DNA of 64,000 nucleotides from Tubiluchus corallicola (lineage: Eukaryota; Animalia; Priapulida): the NCBI GenBank assembly GCA_030141605.1, contig JAQGDQ010002370.1, positions 399,167-463,166 of the forward strand, written 5' to 3'. Positions 1 to 11,111 of the stretch are shown here, piece by piece. The notes beneath the pieces are model-generated. The model did no database searches. It saw nothing but the letters and a program-made list of their open reading frames with translations, and had not been told where the DNA came from. Made by a program: the position numbers and the translations under genes. The stretch's first letter is position 1. Each line of letters begins with the position of its first letter.

Positions 1-164
1 ATGCCATATTTTAACCTTATAAAAGCAAATTTGAAGTCCACAAAAAGCAGAACTTTGAAAGTAGCTATGTTATATGGCTGTATGGTATACAAGTCTTTTT
101 CAACGTCGCACTTTTGCGACTGCATGTGTTGTTGCAGTCTACTGCAAGTTATCGCTGCCCCAAA

Positions 165-780
165 CCCCTTCACTATGTTGTTGCTTTTTAACTGGGCCAC
201 ATTGACTTTTGCAGATTTGACAATAACTTCTTATGGTGTGTTACTAAAACAGAATCTTGTAAATAAACAAATAGTTGTTTGTTACTGAGTACTAATATTA
301 ACTATTAGTTTTATTTCAACACATGTACACACATGCTAGCACACATACTTGCACTCACACACATACACACATGCACACCATCATAAATAAGTATGTAGTT
401 AGAAACCAGTTTTCACCAAAGACACAATACTATTTCATAATATGCAATCATTTTACAAGAATGCAGAACAATCAGCCAAACAAACATTTCATCAATGATT
501 TACAAGTGATTACATTAGTGACAAGAGCATACCATACAGTACAGTATCGTGGAATGCACCTGGCTTCAGACACTGATTAACTGGTAGCGTTACTTGTTGC
601 GAAGCAACCCCAATCCCACGGCTGTAAAACTTTTCTACAAAGTTTTTGCAAGGCCGTAGCACTGAAATAAACAGATCTGTGTGACTGCGCTTAGTGCTGA
701 GCTTGGGCGGCAGTCTATCGCCTTTCGTCCTTTGCATGAAAAACATAGGAGGCACTGTACCGCCTTCCATAGTGAAAGGG
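165..780. mobile_element. piggyBac-like non-autonomous element (MITE), copy 1
   Basis: Ends are CCCCTTCACTAT (165) and ATAGTGAAAGGG (780), followed by TTAA. The interior aligns colinearly with 59606-60144 and includes a (CA)-rich tract. Confidence 0.75.
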
Positions 781-1619
781 TTAAGATTCTGAATTGTGAC
801 CAAAACTGCAAGTGCTGACTGTGAAAAATCTTTGCTGACTTGATTTTTGTGATCTCAAGATCATAATTTTGCTATTGCTGAATTCTCCATGCTTGATTAC
901 CTAGAAAATCCATTTTTCTGCGACCCTATTTTAACACTGTCGCCTATATCACATGACCTGGTCACAGCACTTTTCAAAATTTTCTTAGCACATATCTATG
1001 CTCGACAGCTTACCCATAAGGCAATAACATAGGCTTCTAATCAATACTGTCAGTGGTGTTGAGCGACAAAGTCAGTTGCCCTAATTTTCACATTTTGGGT
1101 CCTACTGCTGTGAAGTTTAACCCAGAGGTCACCATTCCCATACCGCTCTGTGTCTACCTTAGTTAGGTGCCTACCCTGCAAGTTTCTTTATTCTAGCTTG
1201 TATACTTATGGAGTTATTGACCAAACCCCATTTTAACACTTTTGCACATATCACTTCTGTCTCCCACCCTCAGGTGACTACCCACCAACTTTGGTGACTC
1301 GCGGTACCATCGCTTTGGAGAAATAAATAAAGAAACGGTTGATTTCCAATATCGCAGAATGTTAACTGTGTTAATTAACGAATCGGGTCCATCGCGCAAG
1401 AGCTGCTAGTCGAAGTGAGACAAACAGGAGGGGTAAAATGTCATTGCTGAGCAAAATCAAACAAACCGATTCGGCAGTTTGATTCGGTTTCATCATTTCA
1501 GCCACTAAAATGCAAGTCATTATTATCATTTGACTTTTGATGCCTTTACTTGCATGATTTTGTTTTGCACTGGCATTTGTATTCATTGGCTGTTTTGTTT
1601 TTTATTATTTACGTTTGTT

Positions 1620-1780
1620 ATTTTAAAAGAAAGTGTAAAATTATGAAATTTTGCACCAAGTAGTCAAAATGTTACAATATGATCCCTTTGCTGCCCCTCC
1701 TGTTTCCCAAGTTCATATTACAAATTTAATGTAAATTGTTGGATTTTAGAAAAGAATAAATTATTCAATTTCAATTTCAA
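1620..1780 (+). mobile_element. Probable LINE 3' end remnant
   Basis: AATAAA is followed by a (TTCAAT)n-type tail at about 1755-1780, as in the other LINE ends in this window. No coding remnant seen. Confidence 0.3.
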
Positions 1781-1915
1781 CAATATTACAGAGCCTTGAT
1801 GTTATTCTGGAACACTGCATATTAAGTGTAAATATGAAATAAACCAAAACTAAGAAAACTCCCTGCATGAAGTAAAAAAGTTTTTAAAGTGGCATAACGT
1901 TTTCGAAAAATTTAC

Positions 1916-4900
1916 CTTGTAGCTTTTGCAAAACATTAATGCAAGTTTTCTCTGCCTGGCCACCACCTGGCAACAATATACCACTTGTGCTGACATTTCT
2001 TATGCGATTGACACAATGCCAGAATGACTCTTCTTGAAGCTCTAAAGCTGAAGCAGAAGGATAGCATATCACAGCAGTCTGAAATATCATGAAGCCTATC
2101 AGGTAGTCATACTCATAATCCTTGTCATTACTATTATTTCTATTACAGCTACTAACAACAATATAGTTTGTTGTCTACCAATGAGACAAGTACTTTCACT
2201 CGTGTTATGTTGTAATCCACGAGAAATGGTCTGCACAATTTGTACATAAAAACTTTGTACAAACTTTGTGATACACTTTTGGTGGTATCAAAAATTGTGC
2301 TTACACGAGCAGTAAACTGTTTCGAATGTACACATTATTTCAGTGGTTATATGATGAGTCTAATGAAACACAAACAGATTAAAAATAAAAACAAACTTTT
2401 CTGAGAAACTATACATACGATCAAGACACATTGTCATTGGTAATACTGCTTTCCAAAATAGCACATTGACTAGATGCTTAGAGTTTTGAAAATTTAAAAT
2501 GAATTTGAATGGGTCACAAAGTCCACTGCCTGTGAAGTTGCCAAGAAATTTCTATGCTATAGTCATGGTCAGAAAAGGCTAACTGTACTATAAAACTGTA
2601 CTGATCAGCTAACTGTATTATAAAAATTGCTATGGCCATTTAGTAATTTTCTAACTTTTTAAAGATTCATACCATTTGTACAATATTTGGAGTTTACAAA
2701 AAGTGCATGTGTTAAATACCTGAACATCACATCCAACAGCCACGCAGGCATAGCTGCATTCAGCTGTTCCCCATTGGTCATTATCCCATAATTCAACATG
2801 GACATTATCCACAAACTCCTGAAAAATACATTTATATTGTTCAATATTATTAATAAACTTATCACATACTTAATAAACTTTTCATAAAATGTGAAAACTG
2901 TACCATGAGGAAAAAAGAAAACACACAGAAATACATACATTAAAGCAGTCGGTCAGATATGATAGGACTGCAATGCCAGTAGTGGCAGAAAGGGCTTCTA
3001 AGGCTTTCCAAGGCACAGATTGGATAACTGTTATATTGTTCTGGTTGCAGAAATCTTGTACATTTGCATCTACTTCACCTTTCACTATCAGCAGAGTAAT
3101 GAACTTCTACAAGAAAAGAATTGGACTATTATTCGAAATGGTTGTTTAAAACAACCAAACATTTTAAGCAAAATCCAATTATGCGTAACAATTTTCAATT
3201 TATACTGCAATTACATTATATTCACAGGTTATGCACAAAAATCCTAGAGATAAAAATTACCTCTTTTAATAACACAAATTTATTCTTAATGACAAAAATA
3301 GTAAGAAAGAATTAAGATCCCACAATTAAAAAACAAGGAAATGCAGGGTCACATTTTTCTTTCTCTTCCCTTGTTTTTTTTTAATTACCTCCTTTAATAC
3401 TGTAGTGATTTCACAAAACCATTGTGATTGCAAATTTGTATGACTGGCAGTATAAGATATAGAAGAAGGTTCGACATTTGGCTGATAGCCAGTGTGGTGA
3501 AATTTTTCGTTTATGCTTCCTCCAACAAGCTGAAAAGAAGCAAGAAACAACGTGTAATTAGAATACACATAAAAGTATAAATGCTTTTAATCAAATTCCA
3601 ATAAAGCAGATTTCCATTACCAGTTCAGTCAATAAGTAATACATAACAAAATTGTCAGATCACAAAATAAAAATGAGGTTATATATTCATATGTGCAGTA
3701 GCAGCAGAGGGCACATTTCATGCTGCTTCAATATCTGAAATCTGTCCTCTACCAAACAGATAATGTTAAAAAATTCTACAAGGTATGTTCTATCTTAACA
3801 CAATGATTTCAGCAGGTAAAACTTATAAAGTGAGCTATGTAAGTGTTATATTTCATACCAACGCTCTGTAAACTCGAGGAAAATTACAGGACAGCATGCA
3901 TGCAGTATCCGAGTTTACTTTTAATAATATTCCTTGGACAACTGTACTTTTCCAGTGTGGTAGGCCAGCAATGCTGCATGTGTATACTCTTGCAGTGTTC
4001 AATCTGCAAAAAATATCAAGTTAGGATATGGATATGTACAAGTATTATTGTACATATATCAAAAGTTTAACATTAATTAGTTAAATAGGTGAATATGCAT
4101 ATCCTACTAAACAAAGTTGGTTAATAAATACTAAAAATAATCATAAAACAGGTAAACACAAGGCTATAATACCTGGGCAAGTGACATTTTGAAACATGCT
4201 GCATCTGTGCTTGTCTCTTCCAACAATCCAAAGCAAGTTTCATCATGTCCTCATTACTGTGACTTAATCCGTATGCAATCTTTTCACAAGCAGAAATTAC
4301 TCTGCCACTGTTCTCATCAGTTTGTGCACTGCTGCTGTTTTGTTTACAAGTGAAACACATGGAAGCATTTGGTACTTCGAGACTGCGATCTGGCTTGCAT
4401 GTGGTAAGATAACTAGAAGTTTTTTCTCCACTCGTCTTCACAGAGTTCCCATCACTAAACCGACTATTACGCATGGTATTAAGCGTATAAAAATGTCTGC
4501 TTTTAGTAAGTACATGTCTTTTGCAAGCACTTAAGTTGAATACTGATCTATCAACCTTAATGTTGTTGGCAAATCTACCAGTATCACTGTTTTTAGCATT
4601 AGTATATCCTGAATGGTCATCAATTATTTTGTTTTCAGGTGATATAGTCAAGGGATTAAGTACATTTGGTTTGGTAGCACAAGTTGTAGGAATTCCAGTG
4701 TCTGCACCATTAGACAGCCCCTGTTTCGACCTTTTATTTTTACTACTAACAGATGGAAATTGTGCAGAAAGTATTTCCTTGTATTTAGTAAATGTGTTTG
4801 TATCTGATAAATTTTCATGTGCAATAGCCTCACTACTGCCACCAGACTTACTTTCATAAGATTGCATACTGGTAATATTATGAAAATTCGACAGTTCATA

Positions 4901-6655
4901 ATTTGTATTTGTGGAATCCAGATCCAGACCAGCATTTCTGTTAAATGGATTAGTTAAAACAAAGTTGTTACCTAGTACATCGATTTTATCTTCACAGGAA
5001 AACGCTGAATGTTCACAATTTGAAATTTCTATGTTAGATTTATCAAAACACCAAAAGATATCACTAATATCGTCAACTTCCTCAAGTTTATCTTCACAAA
5101 GTCCATTGCTATGCAAACATTTTACACAGTCAGCCTGTCTCATTAAATCTGCTGCAGGCATTTTGAGTTCATGACAGCTGCTTAACGATGGTGACTGAAG
5201 GAAAAGTGATGCCTTGATACTGACAGCAGACAATTGCTCAAGACAACATTCAAGACACCCGTTCATCAGTTCAGTAATAATAGTTCTTGGTATTCCCTAA
5301 TACAAAAAAATAAACAAATAAATATAGCCAAATATCATAAAAGCTAGAACCTATTTATTTCAAAAATTTAATCAAGATTATATTAATTAAAAAAACAATG
5401 TTTTGTGTTGGCAATGTGTGATGCTCTATTCTAGATGTCTGGAATACAACTGCAAAAGTGCTGAGTAAAGGAGATTTGCACCTGTAGTTTAAATCTGAAA
5501 TTACAGAAAGTCCACCTTCTTGCAGGAATGTTTATATAGAATTTTTTGAATACTGACTTTAGACAAAGTGTCACAATTACCTAATTGTCTACACAAGTAA
5601 TTAATTACCAGGTACATTAGCAGTATATAGACTAGTACATTACTCATTGTCAACACAAAGCACTGCTTGCAAAAGTGCATATGCAAAGCAAATCATACTT
5701 ACAAGCCAAATGTTATGCAACAGTACTTTTTTTAAATTAACATAATTTGAATTAAATTTTGGAATTTTAGATTTTAGTGTATTTGCCAAACTAAGATACA
5801 GACTTCATAGTAACATGTTTGCTTTTCCATAGGGATACATCGGATCCACGGCTGTATGTACTGGATCCAGTTCTGGTTAAACTAAAAAACCGCCAAACTA
5901 TGCTCTTACTCGAAGTAAAAGTAAAAGCTTACTGGAATTTTAGCAAGCATTTTTGTAGCAGTAGCACTATCTTTGCATGCTACTTGCAACAAAGAACCAC
6001 GACATGAGAATTGCTGGTAGCGCTAGCGCTACAAGCATGGTGGCATAAAAACTAATGAATTTCTGAAGATTTTAATATGAATCCTTCAAAGTCTTTAAAA
6101 AACTTAAGACTATTTGGGTAACTAAAATGTCATGTACAATTTTTCTTACCTGCTCTAATTTTTTTTCACAATCGATAATTTTATACATAGAAAACTAGAA
6201 ATACACACTGTGCAAAGTTTAATGAACATTTCTGCCAGATCTGGATCGGATCCATAAAAAATGTTGGATCTTGGAGTCCGGAATCCGGATCCGGTACATC
6301 CTGACTTTTTAAGACTGATACAATTTAAAAGGCTTCAAATTTTTAAAGCAAACCTTTTTTACTAATTCAAATGCAGAGTGGACCCACGCATTAGCCATAA
6401 ACAGTAAAGTTGTTGTTGAAGAGCCATACATCTTATGATGTGCCTGAACAGCAGAGTTGAGTAATTCCATACTAGGGTCCTTAAAACAAAAAAATCATTA
6501 GTTTAGTTCAGTAACTGTAAGCCTAATATCAAAAATATGTTAAAATACATAATCACAGTTTTAGTTTTAATTGTACCTTCAAATGTATGTTTTCTAGTAG
6601 TTGAGCCGGGCACTTGATGAAGTGGCATTGGTTGTCATCGGTAATGCATTTGACA
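1916..6655 (-). CDS. BBS12: Bardet-Biedl syndrome 12 protein-like (group II chaperonin-like), partial multi-exon CDS
   Basis: Phase-consistent GT-AG exons: 6655-6577, 6479-6354, 5296-4173, 4003-3859, 3529-3389, 3106-2939, 2818-2720, 2078-1916. Translation includes ELLNSAVQAHHKMYGSSTTTLLFMANAW, GIPRTII, LTKSRHF, GLSHSNEDMMKL, RVYTCSIAGLP and EESFWHC...LLPGGG, which match recalled BBS12 motifs (QLLNEAVQAQ..GISTLLFLVGAW, SRHF, GLSHGD..MKL, RIFTCCLPGLP, EDRFWTC..FLGGG). The start exon was not resolved and the C-terminal exons were not found in the window. Confidence 0.88.
3321..3388. mobile_element. Miniature palindromic element abutting a BBS12 splice donor
   Basis: CACAATTAAAAAACAAGGAA ... TTCCCTTGTTTTTTTTTAATT. 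The same terminal motif flanks the larger copy at 34007-34198. Confidence 0.5.
5830..6303. mobile_element. hAT-like MITE with GGATCC-rich subterminal repeats, in a BBS12 intron
   Basis: Left end TAGGGATACATCGGATCC, right end GGATCCGGTACATCCTG, with several CCGGATCC/CTGGATC motifs near both ends. Confidence 0.6.
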
Positions 6656-6785
6656 CTAAAAAAATAATTTAATTAACTTGCTGATTAAATTAAATTAATT
6701 GAACAGATCTCAAGGCTATAGTCTACCAATCACAACCTTCCTATGGTCACTGCCTCCACAACTTCCAGTCAGTGGCTTCACTAAT

Positions 6786-7736
6786 CAGTATATTATTTCT
6801 TCAAGATCAATTGAGGTATTGAAAATATTGTGAACATGTTCCTACAATTTTGCCAACTGACATCAATGTGCGATTTTTGTCATACAAGAGTTCAAGCACA
6901 GGCATGAGTTCACTTAACCAACGTAGCTTATGTCGCTACATAACCAAGCACTTAATTACACCAATGTAATCAAGCGCTTGGCATAAGGGCCAAGCAATTG
7001 TTTTTGCTAGTCTGTGTAATACCTATACAGGTATATTTTTGCATGTTTGTTTTTCTTTGTTTTATGTATTTTCTATCAAAAGGATCAGACAAAAATGTTT
7101 AGAATTGTTGAACACTGGCAGAGACGAGTTTCCTACTATGAGCATTCTAGTTTTATTATAGAAGTTATTTGCATCGAAAAAACTTTTGTGCCATTTTTTC
7201 CTATTTTTCCATTTGAACCAATTTTTCCTACAGGTGCCACTTTCATTCTATTCAAACAGCTCACCAAAAACAGTTAGACAAAATTTTAAACGGTGACCTT
7301 GGCTCTATAAGTAAAAAACAGGCCCAATCATCCGGGACCCAAATCTTGGAGCATTAGTATTCTAGAATCGTAGTATTTCTGCTGTATCATAGCTCATTAA
7401 AACTGCAGGTTTGAATGTGTTTTGAGATTTTACAGCTTCAGAGTCTCACCCAACTAATAACTAAATTATACCAAACCTTGCAAAAATATACCTGTGTAGG
7501 TATTACACAGACTAGCAAAAACAATTGCTTGGCCCTTATGCCAAGCGCTTGATTACATTGGTGTAATTAAGTGCTTGGTTATGTAGCGACATAAGCTACG
7601 TTGGTTAAGTGAACTCATGCCTGTACTTGAACTCTTGTATGACAAAAATAGCACATTGATGTCAGTTGGCAAAGTTGTAGGAACATGTTCACAATATTTT
7701 CAATACCTCAATTAATGTTGAAGAAATAATATACTG
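6786..7736. repeat. Long inverted repeat with 258-bp arms and a 435-bp spacer (foldback/MITE-like or local inverted duplication)
   Basis: Arm 6786-7043 is the reverse complement of arm 7479-7736, with about 6 mismatches counted by eye. Confidence 0.9.
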
Positions 7737-7920
7737 TTTTTAAAAGTTTCTTTATGGTTACAGGAAATTTTATTAAGAATATTGTGCTTTTACAATTCTC
7801 TAAATTTATCCGTTATATAAGCTACTATGAAAAGGAAATCTATAATATATAATACACTACAATAATTGTTGGAGCATCATTGCACATGTATGGCAGCAGA
7901 AAGACTAGTCCAATAACTTT

Positions 7921-7934
7921 GTTGACATGGCAAC
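7921..7934. promoter_or_regulatory. RFX X-box candidate upstream of BBS12
   Basis: GTTGACATGGCAAC is one mismatch from the palindromic X-box GTTGCCATGGCAAC. A second half-site, CTATGGCAAC, lies at 7988-7997. Both are just 5' of a ciliary gene. Confidence 0.6.
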
Positions 7935-8658
7935 TAACTGTTGGTACTCCAAACAGAAACACAACTATTCAACTAAGGTCGTCTCATCTATGGCAACAAT
8001 TTTTTTCCTTCAAAATACAGTAGAATTGAGGCCAAGGTGTATCCGTGTATTGTTCTGCATTAATTAGTGGATTTCAAGCAAGTGACGTTGTACGTTGTTA
8101 TTGTGCAAAACAATGTAATAGCTGAAAAGTTTTCTCAATTTGATTTCCAAAAATCGATTTTTAATACTAATTAATAATAATTAATAGTAATTAAAAAATG
8201 CAATGCGTTTCAATTTGATTTTGTATGAATGGCCATTGTGTGAGATATACAAAAATGAAAATAATTACAATGCAGTCGTTGCTTGGTGAGAACGGTTTTT
8301 CATGAACCCATGCTGAATGCAATAAAATCCCACGGTCGTGAAGAAGTTAATTGATTTTACTAATTACAGGAGGCGTTTTTCACAGTTTTACTGCTGCAAC
8401 TTTCTCATGCTTGTCCAAAATAAGCTCAATTTCCCGAGACCTGTAGCTTTTCCTTTAACGTAGTTTATGTACCTTAAAAACGTTTGAAACGAAAACATAT
8501 CACACATTGCGAGAATTTTTGTCGAATTTCGTGAAACAAACTTCTTTAGTTTTTGCCGCTCTCGCTTTTCAAGTCCTTATGTAGGGCGCCGAGTACGAAG
8601 TTAGCCGAGGTAAGACACTTTCGTTAAGCCCCACGTGTAAAATTTGCAGAAAAGCAGT

Positions 8659-9294
8659 GTCGTACATGGGCAGCCCAAGTTGGGCACTGGCGATTTCTGT
8701 CGAGAATCGAGAATTACGACATAATAAACATAAAACTAAATTTGTTTTAGAAAAAAGTAACTTTATAATAACGATGAATAGTCCTTGACGATTTAAAAAT
8801 GTATTGTTTGCAATAATATCATCATTATTATTAGCTCCATTAATATCATCCTAACATTAACCTAAGTATCTAATGCTTTAAAGAGAGAAACTATGTAGTG
8901 CACATAGCTTGCTAGCCCGTTTACATAGTAGAAAACAATTATTTTCCCAAGAGGTAGTAAAACGGATCACCTGTCTGTGAAGCAAGACAAAATAATAAAT
9001 GATAATTATGTTAAGCAGATGTTGGAATCGCCTAGAAAGCGGGCTTATTTCACTTCAAAAAGATTAATATCGAAGCCAAATTTAATATTGGCCATTCTTC
9101 TTGCACAAATAAGATTCTTTTATTTTATCAAATGTATAATAAATTATTCATTATATGTATATATTCATTATTCATTACGTGTATTGATGTTTTATTATTA
9201 TTAAATACACAAAGACAACGGACGCTGCCAGTACGGTTAAGGACTCAATTCGTGACCTGTCTCTAGTGTCCTACTTGGGCAGCCCATGTACGAC
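8659..9294. mobile_element. MITE-like element with about 35-bp imperfect terminal inverted repeats
   Basis: 8659-8693 (GTCGTACATGGGCAGCCCAAGT...) matches the reverse complement of 9260-9294 at 30/35 positions. The interior is AT-rich. Confidence 0.55.
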
Positions 9295-9631
9295 GCGTCT
9301 TACTTGGAGGCTAGCCCATGTACGACGCGTTCTACTCTTTACTCGGGCTACTGCTGTATTTTGCTCCCAACACCTAGAAATTCATTGTAAGCAACAAGCA
9401 ACCTTTGTTGCACAGTTGAGACCATCGTTGTGACCATAGATATATATCTGCTCTGAGCCATATTAAGACTTTGCTAAAATTTTAACTACTAATTATCAGT
9501 GGAGTAATAATAGTGTTTTAGCTAATGTTTCATGTTAAATTACTACTAGCTGACCGAAAATAAAATTTTATTACTACTACTATGAAGCATTATTTTGGTT
9601 GTCAACTTGTCAAAAACGACAAGCTGTGTAA

Positions 9632-9965
9632 TAGGAATAAGCATTTTCTACCTTTCACTATTTAAAATTCGAATTCAGTTTGAAACATTTTTGAACAATT
9701 TTTCGGATCAGTAGTGAAAAGCGGTTTTACAAAGATCATGCATATTAATTGATTTTGTTTTGCAGTAAAACCACTATTAGTTTGCTAAAATTTTTGCACA
9801 AAAACTGCAAGCTCAATTGTGCTAATTGCATGCTGTTTCAAACATTTTATTGATAAAGAAACGTATGGGGCTGAAGTGTTGAGCTATTCAAATCTATAAT
9901 TTAGGTTCAAATCAAATTTGCAATAAAAAAACTCATTCGATTCGAACGTTTGATGTTCATCCCTG
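9632..9965. mobile_element. hAT-like MITE (TTCGAA-rich family), diverged copy
   Basis: Colinear with 10008-10374 (for example catatt...gattttgtt..gcag.aaaaccactatt, gctgtttcaaacatttt, tcgaacgtttg). Ends TAGGAATAAGCA / TGTTCATCCCTG. Confidence 0.65.
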
Positions 9966-10007
9966 CCATGTAATCTGATCGACTGAATTTTTGCCACTCC
10001 TCAGACT

Positions 10008-10374
10008 TAGGGGTGAGCATTTTCTACTAGAAAGCAAATTCGAGTCAAATTCGTGACTTTTGAATTCGAGTTGAACCAAATATCAGTATTTCAAATTCGA
10101 ATCGAATTATGAAAGAGTTTGAAAGATTTTCGAACAAGTTTTTGAAGCTGAAGTAAAAAGTGGTCTTACATTATGCATATTACTTGATTTTGTTGTGCAG
10201 CAAAACCACTATTATTCTGTTGAAAATTTTGCACAAAAACTGCAGCTAAATTGTGTTAATTGATGCTGTTTCAAACATTTTAATGAAATAGAACGCATAT
10301 GACTGAAGTGCTGAATTATTCGAATCTATAATTTTAAGTTCGAATCAAACTCGAACGTTTGGTGCTCACCTCTA
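10008..10374. mobile_element. hAT-like MITE (TTCGAA-rich family)
   Basis: TIR TAGGGGTGAGCA ... TGCTCACCTCTA. The 8-mer CTCCTCAG occurs on both flanks (9997-10004 and 10375-10382), consistent with an 8-bp TSD. Confidence 0.75.
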
Positions 10375-10895
10375 CTCCTCAGCGAGTTCATTTTGGTGTT
10401 ATTTTACTCACAGTGATAACATAGGGGATGCAAAGTAGACTTGATGCGGATTTCATCAGAAAGGCTGATTTTTTTAAATAAAAATGTTGTAATATGATTC
10501 GTTGATTTTGCGTGTTAGAAACTTAGTTCCTAATTATTGTTAAATCAAAGTTCGTCCTTCATTGGGTCACATGAGCTCTGACCATGGATATGCATAACGC
10601 AAGATTTTGCCCATTGAAAGTTTACGTCACTCTGTAAGCTGACTGAGTCATTCGTCAAAAATAGCCCGGTAAAGAAAGTGAAAGTGGAAAATCATTAAAT
10701 TTAAACTTTGCGCCAAGAAACTTGAGCGAAAAGGGTAAATATACTACTACAGTATTATGTTTCGAAAGTAATTAATTTTGCGGTCGCTTCATTAAAAATT
10801 TGACAGTGGCTTAGGACTAGTCCTATCATAGGCTATACGTATGAGCATGACTCGAGTATGGTGTTAGTTATTATTATGAACTGACGACTGAGAAA

Positions 10896-11111
10896 TTATT
10901 ATAGTTGCCCCAACGAAATTGGCAACTGTAGAATTATCGCCCCGTCTGTGTATTTGTCTATCCATCTGTGATATGTTTATTGGAGAAAATAAACGTCTAT
11001 GTAATGTATGTATGCATGTATCTGTCGCCACTTCCAGGATGTTGATACACGTGGTAGTCCTATTTTCGCGTCTTATGCGACAATGGTGCAACTTGCGCAA
11101 GATTTCGTTTT
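10896..11111 (+). mobile_element. Helentron-associated (DINE/HINE-like) non-autonomous element candidate
   Basis: 5' hairpin AGTTGCC-ccaacgaaatt-GGCAACT, then a GTCTGT/TATC/ATGT microsatellite-like tract, then a 3' inverted copy TGGTGCAACT near a T-rich end. Confidence 0.45.

Noticed and set aside
510-803. Similar short ORFs at 510-803 and 59930-60154, suggesting a duplicated small gene
   Set aside because: Both lie almost entirely inside copies of the piggyBac-like MITE, and their reading frames are not conserved between copies.
2351-2404. ATGATGA...CTGA box C/D-like pair (a similar one occurs at 27373-27394)
   Set aside because: Spacing is too short, there is no terminal stem or guide-like region, and the 2351 pair is antisense to its host gene.
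4322-5174. Plus-strand ORFs 4322-4534, 4521-4859 and 4911-5174
   Set aside because: Antisense shadows of the large BBS12 exon, with no independent motifs.
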